A DNA stretch of 64,000 nt, from assembly GCA_965203905.1 (NCBI GenBank), contig CBDBDQ010000005.1, forward strand, positions 3,904,001-3,968,000, read 5' to 3'. Under the pieces are notes generated by a model that made no database searches, was not told where the DNA came from, and saw only the letters and a list, made by a program, of their open reading frames with translations. Positions 18,415 to 26,603 of this stretch are shown here, piece after piece; the stretch's first letter is position 1, and the number at the start of each line of letters is the position of its first letter. The position numbers were made by a program, and so were the translations under genes. Source of the DNA: Spirochaetia bacterium (lineage in GTDB: Bacteria > Spirochaetota > Spirochaetia > SZUA-6 > Bin103).

Positions 18415-18618
18415 CTACCGGAACACGAGCCGCTTGCGGCTGGCGGCGCACTCCCGAAGATAGAGATTGATCAGCGTCTGGTAGGGGATGCGGCTGTCGG
18501 CTGCAAGTGCCTTGAAATACTCCAGCGTGTCCAGGTCCAGCCGTATCGTGACCTGTCTCTTGAGATGCTTCGCATAGGGATTTCGTTTCGCCTTGGAGAA
18601 GTCGTAGTTGTCTCTCAT
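18415..18618 (-). CDS. brnA: BrnA-type antitoxin
   Basis: MRDNYDFSKAKRNPYAKHLKRQVTIRLD...IPYQTLINLYLR. Confidence 0.88.
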   Translation of the reverse strand: MRDNYDFSKAKRNPYAKHLKRQVTIRLDLDTLEYFKALAADSRIPYQTLINLYLRECAASRKRLVFR

Positions 18619-18911
18619 CACGCCCACCTGCGTTCGTATTCGGCGCGCTCCACGCGGCTGGCCTTGCGGGCTGAAAAGATCCGGATGATCTCGTCATCCT
18701 CGCGGTAGCAGTGACAGACCACCAGGGTCCGCAGCGCCAGGCTCATCCCAATGAGCACAAACCGATCCTTATCGTCCGAGTGATCCGGGTCGCCGATGAG
18801 CAAAGCCCGATCGTCATAAAACACGCTCTGGGCCTCGTGGAACGAAACGCCGTGTTTGCGGTTGTTCTCGGCACTCTTGCGCTCGTCCCACTGAAATCGA
18901 ATCTCATCCAC
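18618..18911 (-). CDS. brnT: BrnT ribonuclease toxin
   Basis: FQWDERKSAENNRKHGVSFHEA...IRIFSARKA. Confidence 0.92.
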   Translation of the reverse strand: MDEIRFQWDERKSAENNRKHGVSFHEAQSVFYDDRALLIGDPDHSDDKDRFVLIGMSLALRTLVVCHCYREDDEIIRIFSARKASRVERAEYERRWA

Positions 18912-18919
18912 ACGAGTGC

Positions 18920-18949
18920 ATCATAACTACACTGTAATGATATCGTCAA
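18920..18949 (-). promoter_or_regulatory. brnTA promoter TTGACG-N18-TATGAT
   Basis: Near-consensus hexamers; TACA-G-TGTA palindrome in the spacer; -10 lies 8 nt from the GTG. Confidence 0.6.
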
Positions 18950-19396
18950 GCTCGCGATGTCGCCGTCCCGAACACCCAGCGGCAACCGGTCTGGTCTACG
19001 CGGTAGTTGTGTGCCTCATCGCCGGCGGCCGCGCCCCGCTGCCTCGGCGGTCGACCAGGCGCTTGGGGTGCCGCTCGAGCGGCCGTTAGTGATGTGGGTG
19101 GCGCCGATGTCCTCGCGCCCCAGCATATTGTCGACCCGGACTCCCGGACTGGCAGCAACGCACCGTTTTGGCAGTTGCTGCAATCAGTGCTTGCCGTGAC
19201 CTGCCGCGCACGGCGGCGCGAGTCGGCATCGATTGCTGAGCCACCCGAATCGGGCGTGGCAGCGGGCGGCGCGAGCGCTACGCCAACTTCAGTAATGCCC
19301 GGCATGCGCTGCGGCGCCTGCGGCCGCTGCGCGCTGACGGACTTTCCACGATGCCGCGCTCGCCCTGTTCGACCCCGGCGTGCGCATGCTGCTCGC

Positions 19397-19455
19397 GTGG
19401 CATACGCGGACCGGATCACTATCGAGCCTGGAAAGCGTGGCGGCAAGCCCCTGCC
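19397..19455 (+). pseudogene. DUF433 antitoxin 5' fragment
   Basis: VAYADRITIEPGKRGGKP is the characteristic DUF433 N-terminus; sequence then breaks off. Confidence 0.7.
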
Positions 19456-19520
19456 TGTGTCGATCCGGCAGTCCGTGGCCGGCGGTGGTGTATATGGCTA
19501 ATGTATGCTTTGAGTTGACG

Positions 19521-19763
19521 GTGACGAGAACTCAGATCTACCTGACCGACGAGCAGAGGGACAGCCTCGGGAGCCAGTCTGCAAGGACTGGCCGACCGAT
19601 GAGTGAACTGATTCGGGAAGCACTCGACGAGTACCTTCGACGCCACCGACCGGAGCGGCGACAAGAAGTACTTCGCAGCGTAGCGGGCCTCTGGGCCGAT
19701 CGAACAGACCTCGCGCAGTTGGACGACGCGCGCGCTACGCTGGACAGAGATCTGTCGCCGTGA
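19521..19763 (+). CDS. vapB: CopG/RHH VapB antitoxin
   Basis: TRTQIYLTDEQ...MSELIREALDEYL...AGLWADRTD. Confidence 0.85.
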   Translation: MTRTQIYLTDEQRDSLGSQSARTGRPMSELIREALDEYLRRHRPERRQEVLRSVAGLWADRTDLAQLDDARATLDRDLSP

Positions 19764-20149
19764 GTGGCATTCTCCTGGACTCCGATATCGCCATCGACTA
19801 CCTGCGCGGAGTCCAGGCAGCGGTCGAGTTCGTCCAGCGGCATGAAAATGAGATTTCCCTGTCGGCGGTGACGGTTGCCGAGCTGTTCGCCGGTGTGAGG
19901 GAGGGCGACGAGACCGACAAGCTGGAGGAGTTCGTGGGGTTGTTTCCCGTGATTCCGGTCGCCCTGGAGGTGGCGAAGACGGCAGGTCTTCATCGCCGGG
20001 ATTTCGGTCCTTCCCACGGCACCGGTCTGGCTGATGGAATGTTGGCGGCTACGGCGGACCTTCATGCACTGGAGCTGAGAACGTTGAGCACCCGCCACTA
20101 CCCGATGTTTCAGGGCCTTCGCGCGCCGTACGTGCGGCCCCCTTCTTGA
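19760..20149 (+). CDS. vapC: PIN-domain VapC toxin
   Basis: ILLDSDIAIDYLRG, TVAELFAG, LADGMLAATA; GTGA coupling. Confidence 0.92.
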   Translation: MSGILLDSDIAIDYLRGVQAAVEFVQRHENEISLSAVTVAELFAGVREGDETDKLEEFVGLFPVIPVALEVAKTAGLHRRDFGPSHGTGLADGMLAATADLHALELRTLSTRHYPMFQGLRAPYVRPPS

Positions 20150-20220
20150 CCCGGCAGCGCGCTCGGCATCGGGACGAGGGCCGCTACCGACGCTGGCCGA
20201 CCGACCCGACCGAATCACAC

Positions 20221-20252
20221 TTGCCACGTATTCCGTGCGCACGTATTCTGTG
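20221..20252 (+). promoter_or_regulatory. TA promoter TTGCCA-N17-TATTCT overlapped by tandem CACGTATTCYGTG operators
   Basis: Repeats at 20225-20237 and 20240-20252; ATG 6 nt after the -10. Confidence 0.65.
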
Positions 20253-20255
20253 TCG

Positions 20256-20483
20256 ATGAATCTCACACTGTCGGTGGATGAACAGATCGTGAAGCGGGCT
20301 CGTACCACGGCTGCGGCGATGGGCATGAGTCTGAACCAGGCGGTGCGCAACTACCTCGGCGAACTCGCCGGGCAGTCGTCGCCGGCAGCGGACATCGCCG
20401 AGATCGAACACCTGTCGTTGGTCGCGGGCGGCAATCGGCGCGGCTGGCGCTTCGACCGCGAGCATCTGCACGAACGTGCGTAG
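20256..20483 (+). CDS. DUF6364-type antitoxin
   Basis: MNLTLSVDEQIVKRAR...SLNQAVRNYL...WRFDREHLHER. Confidence 0.85.
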   Translation: MNLTLSVDEQIVKRARTTAAAMGMSLNQAVRNYLGELAGQSSPAADIAEIEHLSLVAGGNRRGWRFDREHLHERA

Positions 20484-20886
20484 TTTCTTCGACACCAACG
20501 TCCTTGCGTACACCGACGACGCCGGGGAGCCGAACAAGCAGGCCACGGCCCTGAAGCTGCACGCCGCCAGCCACCAGCGCGGCCAGGGCGTCGTCTCCAC
20601 GCAAGTGTTGCAGGAGTACTTCGTCACGGCGACGCGAAAGATGGGTGTGGACCCGGTCATCGCACGTCGCAAGCTGGAGTTGTTCTCCCGCATGAACGTG
20701 GTGGTGAATCAGGTCGACGACGTTATCGCGGCCGTGGATCTTGCGCGACTCCATTCCCTGTCGTTCTGGGACGCGCTCATCGTGCGGGCGGCTCAGCGCG
20801 CGGAATGCAGCGTGCTCTACTCGGAGGACATGCAGGACGGCTGGAGGATAGACGGCCTGCAGATCGTGAATCCGTTTACGACCTGA
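20476..20886 (+). CDS. vapC: PIN-domain toxin
   Basis: FFDTNVLAY, STQVLQEY, SFWDALIVRAA, LYSEDMQDG, NPF. Confidence 0.92.
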   Translation: MRSFFDTNVLAYTDDAGEPNKQATALKLHAASHQRGQGVVSTQVLQEYFVTATRKMGVDPVIARRKLELFSRMNVVVNQVDDVIAAVDLARLHSLSFWDALIVRAAQRAECSVLYSEDMQDGWRIDGLQIVNPFTT

Positions 20887-20961
20887 CCGCGACCCCGACG
20901 CGTTGGTCGGCGAGTGCAGTAGTGGGACGAGGAGATTGTCGTGTCTCAGTCACCATCTGGA

Positions 20962-22874
20962 TCAAGTGCCAAAAAAATTGCGCTGAGCACTTGACGGGTT
21001 TGGCGCCGCTCATAACGGCCCGCTGACGCACGTTCCGGCCCCTCCGACCCTGCGAACATCCTGCCACGGCCTCCAGGCCCATCAGAACCCGCCAGCGCCG
21101 GCCTGAGCCCTTCCAGGTGCCGGTCCGGGACTCGCCGAAACCGGGCATTTCTCAGCCATGCTTATATTTACGCCATGCCTTCCGCGACCTCCACCGGCTT
21201 CTCCTCCTCGCTCTCCGGGCTCCCCGACCAGGTGCTGCTGGCGCACACCAGGTCCCTCGTGCTGCACGAGCAGGCGCTGCAGCTCGCCGTCCTCGACCAC
21301 CTGCGCGAGATCCACGCCCGCCACCTGCACCTGCGCCTCGGGTTCTCCAGCCTGTTCGACTACGCGGTGCGCGAGTTGGGCTATAGCGAAGGTGCCGCGT
21401 GGCGCCGTATCAAAGCCATGCGCCTGTGCTCCGATACCGCCGGGACACGCGAGCGGCTGCAGGACGGCTCGCTCACCCTGAGCGCCGCGGCGCAGTTGCA
21501 GAACACCTTCGACCTCCTGCAGCGCACGGCGACCGCCGCCGCGGACCACGGCGCGCCACCCGCGGCACCGGAGCTGCTGCCGCGCGGCACGGGGCCGACG
21601 CCGGAGGCGGGGGCTTCGGGGACCGGGGCAGCGGCGGCGGCGCGACCGGTGCCGGCGCTGGACGCGGCGCAGCGGCAGGAGCTGGTGGCGCGGGCGAGCG
21701 GCAAGAGCACCCGCGAGGTGAAGCAGTTGTTGGCCGGGGTGGCTCCCGAGCTGGCGCGGCCGGCCGACCGCCTGCGGGCGCTGGGCGAGGGCCGCTGGGA
21801 GTTGAAGGTGGTGATCGACTCTGCCTGTCAGTGCGGGATCGAGCAGCTACGGGCACGGCTGTCGCACGTGGACCCGCACCTGACGCTGGGGCAACTGGTG
21901 CAGGACGGCCTGCAGCGCTACGACCCGGGGCGGCCGCGGCGCGGGCGCAGAGGTGGGCGCCGGGAGGCGAGCGCGGGCCAGACGCTGGAGCCGAAGACGC
22001 AGGAAGAGCCGGCGGGCGGGGTGACTTCGCCGCCGAAGTGGGGCGCGCAAGAGCAACCCGGAAAGCCACCGCTGGCGGGATCGATCGCCCGTTGCACCCC
22101 AGCGTCGGCAGCGCTGTCCGCAGAGGGAGCCGCGCGCGGCAATGGCGGCGCCGGTACCTCGGAGCTGTCCGCGCCGCCGTCGGGGCGCGAGACTTGCGCC
22201 GGCAGCACCCCGATGCGTGCCAAGTCAGCGGCGACTGAGCCCGGCAGGGCTACTTCGGCGCCGAAGTCGGTGGCCGATCGTGGGTCCCACGGCACCGTAC
22301 CGGCGCCACGGCCGACGCCGCCGGCAGACCAGGGCAGGCCGCCCGTGCTGGCAGCGACGGATCGCAGCCGCAACGCTCCTTTGCCAGCGAAGCGGGCAGG
22401 GACGGCGCAGCTCAATGGCTATTCGCGGCCTCAGTCGGCGGCAGCCGGCCCCTACGGAGGCAGCGCGCAGCCGCCTCACCGGGCGCGCCGATCCCGCTAC
22501 ATTCCGGCATCAGTGCGGCGCGAGGTGTGGCGCCGCGACGGCGGCTGCTGCAGTTACGTCGATTCGCACAGCGGGCGGCGCTGCGGGTCCCGCTTCCTGC
22601 TGCAGCTCGACCACATCGTTCCCTTTGCGCTCGGCGGCAGCGCCGAGCCGGGGAACTTGAGGCTCCATTGCGCTGCCCACAACCGTTTCCGGCATCGGGA
22701 GTACCGACCGCGGCCAGACGGGGCCACGTGATCCTCGCCGGGGTGCGAGTTGGGCGGTCGGGCGTCGGTCCGATGGCAACGGTCGTTACGATTGCGGCCG
22801 GTTTGTCGCGTAGCGTGGATAGTCCTGTCCCATCCCTCCACCTGTTGCCGGCGCGGGCCGGCGGGTATTACGGT
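20962..22874 (+). mobile_element. Putative HNH-nuclease element, copy 2 (inverted relative to copy 1)
   Basis: Homology to the reverse complement of 210-2147 begins at AAGTGCC (20964) and extends about 140 bp beyond the stop. Confidence 0.65.
21175..22731 (+). CDS. HNH endonuclease with DUF222-like N-terminal domain (paralog of 359-1936)
   Basis: Near-identical N-terminal domain; LQLDHIVPFALGG...NLRLHCAAHN; 4-codon deletion (ERLV) relative to copy 1. Confidence 0.85.
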   Translation: MPSATSTGFSSSLSGLPDQVLLAHTRSLVLHEQALQLAVLDHLREIHARHLHLRLGFSSLFDYAVRELGYSEGAAWRRIKAMRLCSDTAGTRERLQDGSLTLSAAAQLQNTFDLLQRTATAAADHGAPPAAPELLPRGTGPTPEAGASGTGAAAAARPVPALDAAQRQELVARASGKSTREVKQLLAGVAPELARPADRLRALGEGRWELKVVIDSACQCGIEQLRARLSHVDPHLTLGQLVQDGLQRYDPGRPRRGRRGGRREASAGQTLEPKTQEEPAGGVTSPPKWGAQEQPGKPPLAGSIARCTPASAALSAEGAARGNGGAGTSELSAPPSGRETCAGSTPMRAKSAATEPGRATSAPKSVADRGSHGTVPAPRPTPPADQGRPPVLAATDRSRNAPLPAKRAGTAQLNGYSRPQSAAAGPYGGSAQPPHRARRSRYIPASVRREVWRRDGGCCSYVDSHSGRRCGSRFLLQLDHIVPFALGGSAEPGNLRLHCAAHNRFRHREYRPRPDGAT

Positions 22875-23043
22875 TAGGCGTCATGAAGGTGCCGGAGTCC
22901 ACGTCTGTTCACGCCCGGCACGGGCGCCACCGCGCCGGTGCTCACCGCACTGACCTCGGACACTCCCACCCAGGAAACGTTGGCATCCACCGGACGGCCC
23001 CGAACGGGATGACCGCCGGCAGTGCTCCGGGAGGACTCGCGCC

Positions 23044-24234
23044 ATGACCGGACAGACGTCCATCGAACCGGCGACCCTGAGGAGGATCAGGGCCAGGAAC
23101 CTGCTGTCTTTCGGGCCTGAGGGGATCGACCTCGAACTGTCTGCCCTCAACGTCCTGATCGGTCCGAACGGCTCGGGAAAATCGAACCTGCTGGAGGTCA
23201 TCAGGCTGCTGCAAGCCGCTCCCCACGATCTAGCCGATCCCGTCCGCACCGGCGGCGGCGTCAGTGATTGGATATGGAGAGGGCAGCCGCAGTGCACGGC
23301 GACGGTCGAGGTCATCATCGACAACCCCCATGGGAAACAACCGCTACGGCACGTGATCGCGTTCAGAGAGTCCGGTCGCCGGTTCACCCTGGAAGACGAG
23401 CGGATCGAGAACGAGCATCCTTACCCTGGACAACCCGACTCGTACTTCTACTACAGACTCCAGGGCGGGAGCCCCGTGCTGAACGTAGTTGGAGACGAAC
23501 GGCGGGAGCTTCAACGGGATGCCGTCGAACCCGACCGGTCGATTCTGTCACAGCGGAAAGAGCCCGATCAGTATCCGGAGCTCGCCTATCTGAGCACGTT
23601 CTACGAGGGCATCAACCTGTACGGCTCCTGGGAGTTCGGGCGGAGCGCCGGCATCCGTGACGCGCAGAGAAGCGACGTTCGCCCGAGTCCGCTGACCGAG
23701 AACTTGTCGAACCTTGGCACGTTCCTCAACCGGCTGGCGCCGTACCCGGCCGCCAGAGCGCGTCTGACGGCGCATCTGACCGAGCTTTACGAAGGCATCA
23801 CCGACTTCGAGCTGTACTTCGATCCGAGCTCCGTACAACTCCTGTTCACGGAGGGGGATTACTCGATCCCGGCATCGCGTCTGTCCGACGGCAGCCTCAG
23901 GTATCTCTTTCTGCTGGCGGCGCTGCTGGACCCGGAACCGCCCAAGTTCCTGGGAATCGAGGAGCCTGAGCTGGGGCTCCACCCGGATCTGATTCCCAAG
24001 CTGGCGGACCTGCTGGTCGACGCGTCAAGCCGGTGCCAACTCGTCGTGACGACGCACTCCGACCTGCTGGTCGACGCGCTGTCCGAGCACGCGGAATCGG
24101 TAGTGGTATGCGAGAAGCACGACGGCCGAACCAGCATGAGGCGTCTCGACCGATCGGACCTCACCCGCTGGCTCGACCGGTATGGGCTGGGGCAACTCTG
24201 GACCAAGGGAAAGCTGGGTGGTGTGCGCTGGTGA
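23044..24234 (+). CDS. AAA_21/ABC-type ATPase
   Basis: Walker A GPNGSGKS, signature LSDGS, Walker B IEEPELGLHP, TTHS. Confidence 0.9.
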   Translation: MTGQTSIEPATLRRIRARNLLSFGPEGIDLELSALNVLIGPNGSGKSNLLEVIRLLQAAPHDLADPVRTGGGVSDWIWRGQPQCTATVEVIIDNPHGKQPLRHVIAFRESGRRFTLEDERIENEHPYPGQPDSYFYYRLQGGSPVLNVVGDERRELQRDAVEPDRSILSQRKEPDQYPELAYLSTFYEGINLYGSWEFGRSAGIRDAQRSDVRPSPLTENLSNLGTFLNRLAPYPAARARLTAHLTELYEGITDFELYFDPSSVQLLFTEGDYSIPASRLSDGSLRYLFLLAALLDPEPPKFLGIEEPELGLHPDLIPKLADLLVDASSRCQLVVTTHSDLLVDALSEHAESVVVCEKHDGRTSMRRLDRSDLTRWLDRYGLGQLWTKGKLGGVRW

Positions 24235-24836
24235 GGGCGGAGATCTACGTCGAGGGTGGAGGGCCGCCTGACAGAGTCACCAACATTCGATGCCGCGAGG
24301 GTTTTCGCAGGCTGCTTGCCAAGTGCGGCCTCGACGACAGCAGGTTCCAAGTGACCGCCTGTGGGGGAGGCGGAGATGCTCGGAACGACTTCCTGGACGC
24401 ACATGCGGTTGCCGGGGACCAATACTATGTCGCGCTACTGATCGACAGCGAGTCTCCTGTCGCGAACATCGAAGAGACGTGGAAACACCTCACCGAAGAG
24501 CATAACTGGCAGCGCCCTCCCGGCGCCCGGGATGACCAGGTGCTTTTCATGACCACGTGCATGGAGACATGGATCGTAGCGGATCGGTCGGCCTTGGGTA
24601 CGCATTTCGGTCAGTGCCTTCTGGTCAGGGAACTTCCCGACCTCGACGGTTTGGAGGAGCTGAGGCGCGGCACCGTAAAGGATCGGCTGCAGGACGCCAC
24701 CCGGAGCTGTCCGGCACGGTACGGGAAGGGGCCGAATTCGTTCCAGTTACTGGGCAGACTCGATCCGACAGTCCTGGAAGAACGCCTGCCGAGCTTCCGC
24801 CGGGCGCGGCGAATCCTGACCGACAAGCTGGGTTGA
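24231..24836 (+). CDS. DUF4276 family (TOPRIM-like) protein
   Basis: IYVEGGG, LLIDSE, METWIVAD, PSFRR; GTGA-coupled to the ATPase. Confidence 0.8.
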   Translation: MRAEIYVEGGGPPDRVTNIRCREGFRRLLAKCGLDDSRFQVTACGGGGDARNDFLDAHAVAGDQYYVALLIDSESPVANIEETWKHLTEEHNWQRPPGARDDQVLFMTTCMETWIVADRSALGTHFGQCLLVRELPDLDGLEELRRGTVKDRLQDATRSCPARYGKGPNSFQLLGRLDPTVLEERLPSFRRARRILTDKLG

Positions 24837-24847
24837 GGTCTGACGAG

Positions 24848-26545
24848 GTGCAGCGCGCTGCCACTTCGCGCTTTTTCCGGGCCGCCGAGGAGGGGGACCT
24901 CCCTACCATCCGCACGCTGGTGGCCGCCCACCCTGAACTGGTGCGGCTGGACCGCGCGGAGAACGACGAGCACACCGCCCTGCATTACGCAGTGCTCAAC
25001 CGGGACCTGGCCTGCACGCGCTTCCTCCTGGAGGCCGGCGCGGACCCCCACAAGGGCATCTACCCGCACCGCGACGCCACCTCGCCGCTGACCCTGGCCG
25101 AGGACCGCGGCTACGACGACCTCGTCGCGCTCATCGGCGGAGAGCTGGACCGCCGCGCCGCGCAGGCGGGCGCCGACCCGGAACGGGGTGACGAGTTGTT
25201 CGACCTGGTCCGCGACGGCGACCTCGACGGGGTCAAGCGGTTGTTGGAGGCGTCCCCGGCGCGCATCGCCGAGGTCGACGCGCAGGGGCGAAAGGCGCTG
25301 CACGCCGCCGCCGCGGCGGTCGACCTGACGCTGGTCCGTTATCTGGCTGCCCGCGACCAACGCCCGTCCCAGCCGGATGCGGCGGGCCTGACGCCGCTTG
25401 ACCGCGCGGTGCTGTCGTTCGGATGGACGCAGCGCGAGCGGGCGGCCGCGGCGCGCGCCGCCGCACAGGCGCTGCGCGAAGCCGGCGCGGAGCAGACGCC
25501 GCGGGCCGCAGCGGCGCTGGGTGACCTCGCCTTCCTGCGGTCGATCCCGAAACAGCGGCTGCAGCAGGCCACCGGGAGTTCCGGAGGCCTCCTCACCCTG
25601 GCGGTCACCTACGGGCAGCCGGCGGTGCTGGAGCTGCTGCTCGCCAAGGGCCTGGACCCCGACGAGCGGATCGATGTGCCCAACGTCGACGAGCCGGTGC
25701 AGAGCTGGGGCATGCCGCTGTGGCACGCAGCCGCCTACGGCGAGTACGCGCTGGCGGAGACGCTGCTCGACGCCGGGGCGGACGTGAACGCGATGGTGCA
25801 CGCATCCGGCTGTCCGATGGAGCGCGCCTACGGTGCGGGGGACGAGCGGATGAAAGCCCTGCTGCTGCGGCGGGGAGCCGTGGTACCGGTGGAGACCATC
25901 GGGCTGTACCGGGACGTGCAGGCCGCACGAGACATCATCGAAGGCCGGGCGCCGGCGGTGACCGACCGGCGCCACGTCACCGCGTACGAGCAACTGCTGT
26001 GGGCGGGCGCGTGCGGCGGCGAGCCGGAGATCGTCGAACTCTGCCTGCCGCGCATCGATCGTGCGCCGAGCGATCCGTGGTGGAGCCCCGTTCTGCGCCA
26101 GCCCATGCGTATCTGGAACCACGGCCCGCTGGACGCACCCGGCTTCGATCGGTACACCTATCCCCGCTGCCTGGAGGTGATCCTGGAGCACGGGGTCGAC
26201 CCGGACGTGACCGACCACCACGGCTTCACTGCCCTGCAGCACGTTGCGCAGGCCGGTACGACGTGGGGACGACAAGTGATCACGGAGCAGGAGCGCGTGG
26301 CGTTCGCGACGCTGCTGCTCGACGCCGGCGCCGGCCTGACCCGGCGCGACCCGCTGCTCCGCTCCACACCGCTGGGCTGGGCCTGCCGCTGGGGACGTGG
26401 CGAGTTGGCAAAGCTGCTCATCGAGCGCGGCGCCGCGGTCGACGAGCCGGATGCCGACGTGTGGGCAACGCCGTTGGCGTGGGCGGCCGGCAAGGGCCAC
26501 GACGAACTCGCGGCGCTGCTGCGCCGGCACGGCGCACGCCGCTGA
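24848..26545 (+). CDS. Ankyrin repeat protein
   Basis: Many TPLH/TALH-xA repeats with LLxAGAD ends (TALHYAV, PLWHAAAYG, TPLGWAC, TPLAWAA). Confidence 0.9.
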   Translation: MQRAATSRFFRAAEEGDLPTIRTLVAAHPELVRLDRAENDEHTALHYAVLNRDLACTRFLLEAGADPHKGIYPHRDATSPLTLAEDRGYDDLVALIGGELDRRAAQAGADPERGDELFDLVRDGDLDGVKRLLEASPARIAEVDAQGRKALHAAAAAVDLTLVRYLAARDQRPSQPDAAGLTPLDRAVLSFGWTQRERAAAARAAAQALREAGAEQTPRAAAALGDLAFLRSIPKQRLQQATGSSGGLLTLAVTYGQPAVLELLLAKGLDPDERIDVPNVDEPVQSWGMPLWHAAAYGEYALAETLLDAGADVNAMVHASGCPMERAYGAGDERMKALLLRRGAVVPVETIGLYRDVQAARDIIEGRAPAVTDRRHVTAYEQLLWAGACGGEPEIVELCLPRIDRAPSDPWWSPVLRQPMRIWNHGPLDAPGFDRYTYPRCLEVILEHGVDPDVTDHHGFTALQHVAQAGTTWGRQVITEQERVAFATLLLDAGAGLTRRDPLLRSTPLGWACRWGRGELAKLLIERGAAVDEPDADVWATPLAWAAGKGHDELAALLRRHGARR

Positions 26546-26603
26546 GCGGGGCGCAACCGGGCGGGCCGGAGTCGGGCCGGCCAACCGCAAGGGAGGAACC
26601 ACA

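Noticed and set aside
18950-19396. Unassigned 450-bp gap with several short ORFs
   Set aside because: No motif, codon bias or repeat that I could support; probably decayed DNA.
22883-23000. HicA-like remnant (MKV...GTLAS) after the element
   Set aside because: Similarity is limited to a few residues across frames; unsupported without a search.
21175-24234. Septu-like HNH plus ATPase system
   Set aside because: The HNH gene belongs to a repeated element whose other copy has no ATPase, and the ATPase is coupled to DUF4276.
24611-26602. Long antisense or alternative-frame ORFs (also 16076-18304, 32705-35209, 36867-38756, 53599-55731)
   Set aside because: Shadow ORFs expected at high GC; they overlap motif-supported genes and have no recognisable motifs.
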